NCBI GenBank assembly: GCA_012519705.1
Contig: JAAYPR010000051.1
Coordinates: forward strand, 423 to 64,422
Reading direction: 5' to 3'
Origin: Campylobacteraceae bacterium
GTDB taxonomy: Bacteria > Campylobacterota > Campylobacteria > Campylobacterales > Campylobacteraceae
DNA: 64,000 nt
The stretch's first letter is position 1. Every line of letters begins with the position of its first letter. The notes under the pieces were generated by a model. The model worked only from the letters and a program-made list of their open reading frames with translations, had not been told where the DNA came from and did not search any database. A program made the position numbers and the translations under genes. Positions 11,317 to 19,939 of this stretch are shown in pieces.

Positions 11317-11597
11317 CAAATCCATACATTAAAAAAGTAGAAGAAAAAAATAGTATTACATTAGATAAAGCGGTGGAGAATAGCACAAACTCTGTTCTTT
11401 TTCCAAATTTCAGCTATAGCAACTTTATCCAAGGAGCACTACTTGGAGCGGGTGCTGCCTACATCCTAACAAATGAAAAAGCCCAACAAGCTATATTTAA
11501 ATCAGTTGTTAGAGTTGGAAAGCTTTTTGAGGCTGGAACTGAGGAGCTAAAAGAGAGATTTGAAGATGCAAAAGCAGAAATTGAAGCCGAAGGCTAA
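11313..11597 (+). CDS. Small GxxxG protein directly upstream of the P1B-6-type ATPase (FezA-like position)
   Basis: FIQGALLGAGAAY followed by an amphipathic charged helix. Confidence 0.72.
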   Translation: MTNPYIKKVEEKNSITLDKAVENSTNSVLFPNFSYSNFIQGALLGAGAAYILTNEKAQQAIFKSVVRVGKLFEAGTEELKERFEDAKAEIEAEG

Positions 11598-13653
11598 TCT
11601 AAAAGTAGTTCATAAAAGCAAAAATAGAGTTAGATTTATCCACTCAGGTCTTGATAAAAATAGTGATGTCGGGGCTTTTATAGAAAGAGTTTCAAACATA
11701 GATGGTGTTAAAAGCGTTAGAGTGAATAAGGCTATCCAAAGCGTGACGATTATCTATATTTTAGATAGTTATAGCTCTATTTTAGATGAAATTTCAAATT
11801 TAGAAGTTCCAAAGTTAAAAAGCGTTGATGAGGTAAGTAAAGCCCCTATTTATAGAGCTGGGGCGGCACTTGCTTTAATGCCTTTTATAGATAACAATAA
11901 CGCAAATAGCATAATTAGCTTAGTTGCAGCTTATCCGCTTTTAAAAGATGGTTTAAAAGAGCTTCTTAGCAGTGGGCTTACATCTGAAGTTTTAGAAGCT
12001 ATGGCGGTTGGAATTTCCCTATCAAGAAACGATTATCTAGCAGCAAATAGCACAAACTTGCTTCTAAATATCGGCGAATATATGGAAGAGACTACAACCC
12101 ATAAAAGCGATGACTTGATAAAAGCTTTAGCAAAACCTGGAGTTGAGAGTGCTTGGGTTGAAGAGAGTGCTAATGGTAAAGTTGAGCTTATAAAAAAACC
12201 AACAGATGAGATAAAAGTTGGCGATATCGTTGTAGTAGGAGCTGGTGAGACTATCGCAGTTGATGGGTATATCATAGACGGAAGTGCTAGTGTAAATGAA
12301 GCGTCCATGACAGGCGAGGCAACAAGTATCAACAAAAAGCACGGTGATAGAGCGATGAGTGGAACTGTCGTAGAAGATGGTAAGATAAAAATTTGGGCTG
12401 AGCAAACAGGTGCTGATACGAGTACTGAAAGGATTAGAAAATATATCCAAAACTCACTCAATGAACGCTCAAACGTAGGCGAAAAGGCAGAAGAGTTAGC
12501 TGATAAGCTAGTGCCTATAACTTTGTCTCTAGCTGGACTTGCATATTTTCTAAACAAAGATATGGCAAGCGTGGCTTCTGTTTTACAGGCTGATTACTCA
12601 TGTGCTTTAAAGCTAGCTACTCCAGTTGCTTTTAAATCAAGCATAGCAAAAGCTGGAAGAGAGGGAATCCTAATAAAAGGTGCAAAATCCTTGGAAGAGT
12701 TAGCTAAAGCTGATACTTTTGTTTTTGATAAAACTGGAACGATTACAAAAGGGATTTTAGAAGTTGTAGATGTGATAAGCTTTGATGAGAAGTGGAGCAA
12801 AGAAAGCGTGCTAAATTTAGCAGCGAGTGCGGAAGAGCACTATTTCCACCCAATAGCCGAAGCAGTTGTAAGTGCGGCAAAAAACAAAGGCTTTGAACAT
12901 ATGCATCACGGTGAAGTTGAGTTTATCGTAGCTCATGGGCTTAAAACTGAGTTTGATGGTAAAGAAGTGGTTATCGGAAGTAGGCACTTTTTAGAAGATG
13001 ATGAGAAAATCTCATTTGAGCCTTTTAGAGATGAGATAAAAACTCAAATAGATAGTGGATATACTCTTTTATATATCGGATACGATAAAAAGCTTTTGGG
13101 CATCATAACTATGAAAGATGAGATAAGAAGTAGTGCTAAAAAAACCATCTCTAAGCTAAAAAGTTTAGGAGCAAAAGAGATTATCATGTTAACAGGAGAT
13201 ATCGAAGAGAAGGCTAACGAAGTAGCAAACGAGCTTGGCATTGACAAAGTATATGCAAATATGCGTCCAACAGGCAAAGCAGAGGTTATAGATGAGCTTG
13301 TAAAAAGCGGTAGAAAAGTTGTGTTTTGTGGGGATGGGATAAATGACGCTCCATCTTTAAGTAAGGCAAATGTTGGTATCAGTATGAAAAGAGGTGCTGA
13401 TATAGCAAGGGCAGTTTCTGATGTGAGTCTTTTAAGGGATGATATTTACGCGGTTGCTATGGTAAAAGAGTTAGCTAATAAAACTCTAAATTTAGTAGAT
13501 AGAAACTTTAAAGCAACAGTTGCTATAAACTCAGGAATTTTACTAGGTGCGACGTTAGGCAGACTTAGTCCGATAGCTACAGCGTTTTTACATAACGGTA
13601 CAACGATAGGGCTTTTACTAAATTCAATGAAAGGTGTTAAAATTCAGCATTAA
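11566..13653 (+). CDS. fezB: P1B-6-type ATPase, FezB-like (start uncertain, 11560-11581)
   Basis: TM4 ADYSCALKLATP (SCA, not CPC), DKTGT, EEHYFHPIA, GDGIND, C-terminal LHNGTT; CxxC-less HMA N-terminus. Confidence 0.72.
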   Translation: MQKQKLKPKANLKVVHKSKNRVRFIHSGLDKNSDVGAFIERVSNIDGVKSVRVNKAIQSVTIIYILDSYSSILDEISNLEVPKLKSVDEVSKAPIYRAGAALALMPFIDNNNANSIISLVAAYPLLKDGLKELLSSGLTSEVLEAMAVGISLSRNDYLAANSTNLLLNIGEYMEETTTHKSDDLIKALAKPGVESAWVEESANGKVELIKKPTDEIKVGDIVVVGAGETIAVDGYIIDGSASVNEASMTGEATSINKKHGDRAMSGTVVEDGKIKIWAEQTGADTSTERIRKYIQNSLNERSNVGEKAEELADKLVPITLSLAGLAYFLNKDMASVASVLQADYSCALKLATPVAFKSSIAKAGREGILIKGAKSLEELAKADTFVFDKTGTITKGILEVVDVISFDEKWSKESVLNLAASAEEHYFHPIAEAVVSAAKNKGFEHMHHGEVEFIVAHGLKTEFDGKEVVIGSRHFLEDDEKISFEPFRDEIKTQIDSGYTLLYIGYDKKLLGIITMKDEIRSSAKKTISKLKSLGAKEIIMLTGDIEEKANEVANELGIDKVYANMRPTGKAEVIDELVKSGRKVVFCGDGINDAPSLSKANVGISMKRGADIARAVSDVSLLRDDIYAVAMVKELANKTLNLVDRNFKATVAINSGILLGATLGRLSPIATAFLHNGTTIGLLLNSMKGVKIQH

Positions 13654-13670
13654 GAAAGTGTTTTTAATGT

Positions 13671-13693
13671 ATAATGATACCAAATATCATTAT
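13671..13693. promoter_or_regulatory. Fur-box-like perfect 9-bp inverted repeat overlapping a -10 box
   Basis: ATAATGATA-CCAAA-TATCATTAT; overlaps TATAAT at 13670-13675; 14 nt upstream of ATG 13707. Confidence 0.7.
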
Positions 13694-13706
13694 ATAAGGA
13701 TTGAAA

Positions 13707-13928
13707 ATGCCATTTTTTATTTTAAACACAGTTTTATTTGCTGCAACAACGGTGATGACATATGATACAGTTACAAGATCAAAAGAGAAATTTGAACGAA
13801 GAAAAGCAAGAGAAGAAGCAAGAAAAAACAGAGCAAAAAGAGTTGAAGCAAGAGGGGTTAAAACAGGAAGCAACAAAGAAACAACCAAGCCAAGCTTTAA
13901 AAGAAGAGAAGAAAAAACCGCTGCTTGA
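13707..13928 (+). CDS. Small hypothetical protein, hydrophobic N-terminus and basic tail
   Basis: AAGGA RBS before ATG 13707; MPFFILNTVLFAATTVM; overlaps the next ORF in another frame. Confidence 0.45.
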   Translation: MPFFILNTVLFAATTVMTYDTVTRSKEKFERRKAREEARKNRAKRVEARGVKTGSNKETTKPSFKRREEKTAA

Positions 13929-14103
13929 TGATTTTACTAAAAAAGAACTTGCTAAGATAGGAATGACACTTTCTATGGGAACTTTGGTTTTAACATCATT
14001 TTCCCTAAAAAGTAAGCTTTCAAAAAACGCTCACATCATCTCAGGAGCGGCTTTGGTTGGCTTTTCATTTTGGCACAACTCACTTTACACAGATAAGAAA
14101 TAA
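13762..14103 (+). CDS. Small two-helix membrane protein (KKELAKIGM...WHNSLY) with charged N-terminal extension
   Basis: C-terminal half has two hydrophobic helices with His residues; GGTGAT SD-like sequence before ATG 13762; true start uncertain. Confidence 0.6.
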   Translation: MIQLQDQKRNLNEEKQEKKQEKTEQKELKQEGLKQEATKKQPSQALKEEKKKPLLDDFTKKELAKIGMTLSMGTLVLTSFSLKSKLSKNAHIISGAALVGFSFWHNSLYTDKK

Positions 14104-14137
14104 AACCTTATAGCTCTTTTTGGGCTTTAAGGTTTTT
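14102..14137. terminator. Hairpin between convergent operons
   Basis: AAAACCTTA.AGCTC / GGGCT.TAAGGTTTT. Confidence 0.5.
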
Positions 14138-14169
14138 ACTTTTTAGAAGTTTTAATTACAGTATAAAAT

Positions 14170-15399
14170 TTATAAACTCATCTGTCTTTTGGCATTTGAA
14201 AGCATCAGTTTTATTCTATTTTCTTGATTTACAGAGCTTTCACTAAAGTCATAGTCCACACAGCAGATATTTGCACTCTCGTGTTTTTCTTTTATTTTTC
14301 TTATCATTCCACGAGCGATTACGTGATTTGGCAAACACCCAAACGGCTGGGCACAGATGATGTTATCCACGCCTTTTTGTATAAACTCTACCATCTCAGC
14401 AGTTAGTAGCCACCCTTCACCCATTTTAACGCCGTGACTTATGTAGCCTTTGGCTGCTTTTCTTACCTTGCTATACGGAGTTGCTGGTTCAAACCCTGCT
14501 TTTTTGGTTAAGCGTATCAAAACTTTTTGCATACTTTCTAAAACAAAGGCAAAAACTCTTGATTTATAGTATTTTGCTGATAAAAAGCCGTAAATTTCCT
14601 TATCGTAAATGTTGTGATAGATAGAAGTTAAGAAAAAGTCCATAAGCCCTGTATTTAGAACTTCCGCACCTTCGCTGATGAGATACTCATTTAGGTTGTT
14701 GTTTCCAAGGGATGAGTATTTCATATAAATTTCACCAACTATACCAACTCTAACTTTTTTTTGCGACCTGTTAAGCTCTATTTTTTGAAAGCTTGAGAGT
14801 ATAAATTTAATGTTTTTTCTAAATTTATAAATCTCTTTTGAGTTTAGCTTTGGAAGCAGGACGTTTAGGCACTCAAAAGATACTCTTTTAGTCTCGCCCT
14901 TTTTTACCTCATAGCTAATGCACTGATTAAAAAGTGTCATAAAAAGGTCTGCGTAAAACACAGCTAAAATCAGCTTTATAAGTACCTTTTTTGAGAGATA
15001 AAAAGCGTTTTCATCAAGCTTATTAAAGTTTAGTGAAATTACCGGTACATAACCAAAACCGCTATCATTTAGAGCTTTTCTTAATAAAAATATATAGTTA
15101 CTCGCCCTACATCCGCCACCCGTTTGAGTCATGATAAGCACAACTTTTTTGGAGTCATACTCGCCACTTTTTAGAGCATTTAAAAACTGTCCTATGACTA
15201 AGATGGCAGGGTAGCACATATCGTTATGAACTGCTAGTTGCCCATGTTTTGAGATGTCCTCTTTTTTACCACCTAAAACTTCGGCTTTGTATCCCTCGCC
15301 CCTTAAAATTTCAGCCATAAGCTCGAAATGTGGCTCTATCATGGAAGGGATTAGGATAGTGTGAGTCTCTTTCATCTGTGGTTCAAATTTAGCAAACAT
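14170..15399 (-). CDS. 2-hydroxyacyl-CoA dehydratase-like (DUF2229/HgdB-related) subunit
   Basis: HNDMCYPAILVIGQ, TGGGCRASNY, QPFGCLPNH Cys motifs; translationally coupled to the activase. Confidence 0.8.
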   Translation of the reverse strand: MFAKFEPQMKETHTILIPSMIEPHFELMAEILRGEGYKAEVLGGKKEDISKHGQLAVHNDMCYPAILVIGQFLNALKSGEYDSKKVVLIMTQTGGGCRASNYIFLLRKALNDSGFGYVPVISLNFNKLDENAFYLSKKVLIKLILAVFYADLFMTLFNQCISYEVKKGETKRVSFECLNVLLPKLNSKEIYKFRKNIKFILSSFQKIELNRSQKKVRVGIVGEIYMKYSSLGNNNLNEYLISEGAEVLNTGLMDFFLTSIYHNIYDKEIYGFLSAKYYKSRVFAFVLESMQKVLIRLTKKAGFEPATPYSKVRKAAKGYISHGVKMGEGWLLTAEMVEFIQKGVDNIICAQPFGCLPNHVIARGMIRKIKEKHESANICCVDYDFSESSVNQENRIKLMLSNAKRQMSL

Positions 15400-18300
15400 G
15401 GGTTTCCTCTTTTTTAGTTTTTTCGCATTTTGTTATTTCACATTCTTCTTTTTCAGACTCTTGTTTTTCACATTTTTCTTTTCTGGCTTTTAAAATTTCT
15501 TGATTTTTCTTCTCTTCGATAGTGGCTTTTAAACTTCTAAGTCTGATTTTCACAGCACCTAAATTTGTTATCTCATCTATTTTTATCTGAGTATAAAGTT
15601 TATCATTTTTTCTTAATATATCTCTTACTTCATCGCTAGTTACAGCGTCTAGCCCACACCCAAAGCTAACAAGTTGGACTAAATTTAGGTTTTGATATCT
15701 GTTTACAAAATTTGCAGCACTATACATCCTAGCGTGATAAGTCCACTGGTTTAAAACAGTTGTTTTTGGTTTTTCTAGTGGCAGACTATCTTCTGTTAAA
15801 ACCGCAAAACCTAGACTGACGAGGTATTTATCGATGCCGTGATTTAGGTGTTTATCTATATGATAAGGACGGCATGCTAAGACTATCGCCTCGCTTTTGC
15901 TAGAGCTTATGAACTCTAAAATCTTCTCTCCTTCATCAAGGACTTTTTGTTTATAGAGTTTTAGCTCTTTTTTTGCCTTTTTTGCGGCATTTTCAAGCTT
16001 GTTTTTTCTAAATTTAAGACCAAGGCTTTCAAGTTCAGGCTTCATTGTCTTTATAAAAAACTTGATATCATCTATCCTAATATGTGGATATGAAAATTTC
16101 ACATCTTTTAGTCCGCTAATATTCGCTGCTAAAAGCTCTGGATAATACGCCACAACAGGGCAGTTGTAGTGGTTGTCTGAAATTTGCTCATCTATGTTGT
16201 AGCTCATACATGGATAGAAAATAATATCAGGCTTTTTTTCTAGTAAATCATAAATATGAGCGTGAGAAATTTTAGCTGGGTAGCAGACGGTGTCAGATGG
16301 CACACTTTGGGATGACTTGAAAACTATCTCTTTTTTAGGGTATTTAGAAACTATGAAATTTAGCTCTAGCTCATCAAAGAATTTATACCAAAAAGGAAGT
16401 AGTTCGTATGTGTTTAAAACAAACGGCATAGCGATAGTTGGGCGGTTTTTGTGACTATCTATTTTTTTATAACTTCTTAAAAGCTTGTTTTTAAAAGCCA
16501 CCATATTTGGTAGTTTGTTTTTAGTTTTTTTACCAGCCCCTAGTTCGCATCTATTTCCAGCGACAAGCTTACTGTCTCCAAAGTAGTTTATCGTTAAATG
16601 GCAGTGGTTGTTGCAAATTTGGCAGGTTTTAAGCTCTGTTTTATAAGTGAAGTTTTTAAGCTCATTTTGCGATATAAGAGATGAGTTTTTTATAGCGTTA
16701 TGTTTAGCGTAAAGTGCCGCACCATAAGCCCCCATTAAAGCACTTATATTTAGCCTTATAACTTCACTTCCAAGCTCCATCTCAAACGACCTAAGAACAG
16801 CGTCATTTAAAAAAGTTCCCCCTTGAACGACGATATTTTCGCCAAGTTCTTTTGGGTTTGAGACCCTGATAACTTTATAAATAGCGTTTTTTATCACGCT
16901 CATAGCAAGTCCAGCACTTATATCTTCTATCTTTGCACCATCTCTTTGGGCTTGTTTAACTGATGAGTTCATAAAAACTGTGCATCTACTTCCTAAATCA
17001 GCAGGGTTTTTTGACTTAAGAGCTAAATTTGTAAACTCTATCAAGCCATACCCTAAACTCTCAGCAAAGCTTTGTAGAAACGACCCGCACCCCGAACTGC
17101 ACGCCTCGTTTAAAACTATGGAATCAATTTGCCCATCTTTGATAGAAAAGCATTTTATATCTTGCCCACCAATGTCGATGATGAAATCAACGTCTTTATT
17201 AAAGTGCCTTGCCGCTGTGTAGTGAGCCACGGTTTCAACGATGCCAAAGTCTACTTTAAAAGCTGTTTTTATAAGCTCTTCGCCGTATCCTGTAACGGCA
17301 CTTGATTTTATGGTGATTTTATCTCCGATAAGAGAGTAAATTTCGGCTAATTTTTCTTCTACTATCTCAACTGGGTTTGCCTTATTTGGTGAGTAAAACT
17401 CATATAAAAGCTCGTTATTTTCATTTATAAGAACGATTTTTATGGTAGTTGAGCCACAGTCTATGCCTAAATACGCATCGCCACTATAGCTTTTAATATC
17501 GGCTTTTGAAACAGAGTTTTTATCATGCCTTGCTTTAAACTCTAGGTATTCGTTTTCATCTTTAAAAAGTGGTCTGTTTGATTTGTTTTCTTTAACGGGT
17601 GGTTCTTTTTCAAGGCGGTTTATAACTTCATCGATGCTACTAAATTTAGGGTTTTCCATAGCATAAAGAGCAGATCCATAAGCTACAAAATATGGTCCTA
17701 ACTCAGGGAAAATGGCACTATTTTCATTTAAGCCTAAATTTTCTACAAAAGCTTTTCTAAGCCCTTTTAGAAAGTAAAGTGGCCCACCTAAAAACAGCAC
17801 ATTTCCCTTTATCTCTCTACCTTGGGCAAGTCCTGTGACGGTTTGCTCTACCACAGCTTGAAAAATGCTAGCGGCTAGGTCTTCTTTTTTAGCACCTTGG
17901 TTTAAAAGTGGTTGAATGTCACTTTTAGCAAAGACACCGCATCTTGAGGCGATGGGATAGAGCTTTGTATGATTTAAACTAAGAGTGTCAAGTTCGTTAA
18001 GCTCCACGTCTAAAAGGCTTGCCATCTGGTCTATAAATGAGCCTGTTCCACCAGCACAGCTACCATTCATCCGCTCTTCTAAGCCGCCTGTTAAAAAGAT
18101 GATTTTAGCATCCTCTCCGCCTAGTTCGATAACAACATCGGTTTTAGGGTATGCTTTTTGAACGCCTATCGTGGTGGCAAAAACTTCTTGAACGAAATTT
18201 AGCTCACAGTGGTTCGCAAGCCCAAGCCCAGCTGAACCAGCTACAGCGATGCTAATCTCGTGGTTTTGAAGTTTATCTTTAATAGCGTTTAGTCTATTTA

Positions 18301-18424
18301 GTGCTGCTAAGCGTGGCTTTGCAAAATGCCTTTCATAGCTTTGTTCTAAAATATTGCAGTTTTCATCAAGCAAAACAGTTTTGATAGTAGTTGAGCCTAC
18401 GTCAATGCCCAAGTATAGTTTCAT
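15389..18424 (-). CDS. CoA-substrate-specific enzyme activase with tandem BadF/BcrA-type ATPase domains plus DUF2229-like domain
   Basis: Two GID.GSTTIK / GG.D.K / N..C..G.G / SRC.VF repeats, then CQICNNHC, VCYPAK, FGCGLD; start at ATG 18424 after GAGG. Confidence 0.87.
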   Translation of the reverse strand: MKLYLGIDVGSTTIKTVLLDENCNILEQSYERHFAKPRLAALNRLNAIKDKLQNHEISIAVAGSAGLGLANHCELNFVQEVFATTIGVQKAYPKTDVVIELGGEDAKIIFLTGGLEERMNGSCAGGTGSFIDQMASLLDVELNELDTLSLNHTKLYPIASRCGVFAKSDIQPLLNQGAKKEDLAASIFQAVVEQTVTGLAQGREIKGNVLFLGGPLYFLKGLRKAFVENLGLNENSAIFPELGPYFVAYGSALYAMENPKFSSIDEVINRLEKEPPVKENKSNRPLFKDENEYLEFKARHDKNSVSKADIKSYSGDAYLGIDCGSTTIKIVLINENNELLYEFYSPNKANPVEIVEEKLAEIYSLIGDKITIKSSAVTGYGEELIKTAFKVDFGIVETVAHYTAARHFNKDVDFIIDIGGQDIKCFSIKDGQIDSIVLNEACSSGCGSFLQSFAESLGYGLIEFTNLALKSKNPADLGSRCTVFMNSSVKQAQRDGAKIEDISAGLAMSVIKNAIYKVIRVSNPKELGENIVVQGGTFLNDAVLRSFEMELGSEVIRLNISALMGAYGAALYAKHNAIKNSSLISQNELKNFTYKTELKTCQICNNHCHLTINYFGDSKLVAGNRCELGAGKKTKNKLPNMVAFKNKLLRSYKKIDSHKNRPTIAMPFVLNTYELLPFWYKFFDELELNFIVSKYPKKEIVFKSSQSVPSDTVCYPAKISHAHIYDLLEKKPDIIFYPCMSYNIDEQISDNHYNCPVVAYYPELLAANISGLKDVKFSYPHIRIDDIKFFIKTMKPELESLGLKFRKNKLENAAKKAKKELKLYKQKVLDEGEKILEFISSSKSEAIVLACRPYHIDKHLNHGIDKYLVSLGFAVLTEDSLPLEKPKTTVLNQWTYHARMYSAANFVNRYQNLNLVQLVSFGCGLDAVTSDEVRDILRKNDKLYTQIKIDEITNLGAVKIRLRSLKATIEEKKNQEILKARKEKCEKQESEKEECEITKCEKTKKEETHVC

Positions 18425-18438
18425 TTTACCTCGCAAGT

Positions 18439-18484
18439 TTTATTATATAATATTGTAATATATATTACAATATTATATAATAAA
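18439..18484. repeat. Perfect 46-bp loopless palindrome
   Basis: TTTATTATATAATATTGTAATAT|ATATTACAATATTATATAATAAA, checked base by base. Confidence 0.95.
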
Positions 18485-18534
18485 TTCTTTAACTTAGGGT
18501 AAAATATAGATAAAATCTATATTATCTATATTTT

Positions 18535-19875
18535 TTATAAAGAGCGAATCCCCGCCACAAATATCACCAAAATTATAGCTGGAAGTATAAATTTGATGTA
18601 GTAATACCACAGTTTTATAAGTGGAGTTTTGAGCCTTCCAGCGTTACTTATCTCATAAACAGCGTCTTCTTTTAGCACCCAGCCGACATAGATACAGCAC
18701 AAAAACGCAGTTATAACAAAGAAAATATTTGCACTTATAGTGTCGAAAGTGTTAAAAATCTCAGAACTTAAAACAGACGGTATGTTTCCAAAGATAAAGA
18801 TAGCAAAAAGCGTTATAGTTGTAGCTTTTGTAGTGCTAAGCTTAAATTTCTCTTCCAAAACTTGGATGATGACTTGGTATATTGAAAGCGATGTTGTAAG
18901 AGCTGCTACTAAAAGTATGAGGAAAAACACAACCGCTAAAGCGTTACCAAATGGAATGTGTGAAAACGCAACTGGCAAAGTTTTAAAAACAAGGCTTGGA
19001 CCACTATCAGGCGAAAGCCCTGCTGTAAAAATAGCTGGAAATATCATAAACCCAGCTAAAACAGCTATAACTGTGTTTATAACGCCTGTGATGGTCGCGG
19101 TTTGAAGCATGTTTTCATCTTTTGAAAGGTAGCTTGAAAGCGTTATCATAACGCCAAAACCAAGCGATAAAGCAAAGAAAACTTGCCCTAAAACATTTAT
19201 CATAAGTTTTGCATTTATCTTTGAAAAGTCAACCCCAAGGTAAAACTTAAACCCCTCATCAAAGCCGTCTAAGAACATATTTCCTACAATTACCGTTGCA
19301 AAACAGAGAAACAAAAACGGCATTAGAAATTTGATATATTTCTCAATCCCATCAATTATCCCCTTTTTTAGTATATACCAGTTGATTAAAACAAAGATAA
19401 ATGTGTATAGTCCTATCATAAAAGGGCTATTTTCTATGTGTGTGGTGTAGAAATTCTCAGTATAAGCTTTATCAAGTATCGGCGAGTTTAAGTCGAAATT
19501 TCCAGCTAAAACGTTTACGATATATGAAGTCACCCAGCCACCAAGAACCATATAGTATGCTAAAATCCCAAATGAGCCTAAAAGCCCTAAATAGCCAACT
19601 ATTTTCCAAGATTTGTTGATTTTTGCACCATCTCTTTTATCTACAGCAAAGGCATCAACACTGTTTCTCATCGCTCTTCTTCCGATGACATTTTCAACTA
19701 AAATCATAGGAATTCCAAGGCAAATCATCGCTATACAAAACATCAGCACATACGCCCCGCCACCGTTTTCGCCTACTAAGTAAGGAAATCTCCAAGTACA
19801 GCCAAAGCCGATAGTTGCTCCCGCTACTGTTAGGATATATGTGAGCTTGTTGCTCCAGAGTTGATTGTTTTCCAT
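18535..19875 (-). CDS. Sodium-dependent transporter, NSS (SNF) family
   Basis: GATIGFGCTWRFPY..GENGGG, GQVFFALSLGFG, GPSLVF motifs. Confidence 0.92.
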   Translation of the reverse strand: MENNQLWSNKLTYILTVAGATIGFGCTWRFPYLVGENGGGAYVLMFCIAMICLGIPMILVENVIGRRAMRNSVDAFAVDKRDGAKINKSWKIVGYLGLLGSFGILAYYMVLGGWVTSYIVNVLAGNFDLNSPILDKAYTENFYTTHIENSPFMIGLYTFIFVLINWYILKKGIIDGIEKYIKFLMPFLFLCFATVIVGNMFLDGFDEGFKFYLGVDFSKINAKLMINVLGQVFFALSLGFGVMITLSSYLSKDENMLQTATITGVINTVIAVLAGFMIFPAIFTAGLSPDSGPSLVFKTLPVAFSHIPFGNALAVVFFLILLVAALTTSLSIYQVIIQVLEEKFKLSTTKATTITLFAIFIFGNIPSVLSSEIFNTFDTISANIFFVITAFLCCIYVGWVLKEDAVYEISNAGRLKTPLIKLWYYYIKFILPAIILVIFVAGIRSL

Positions 19876-19939
19876 AAAATGCCTTTTAAATTTGAGTAAT
19901 TTACTATTATAGCTTTTGAAATTTTAAATTTACTGAAAT

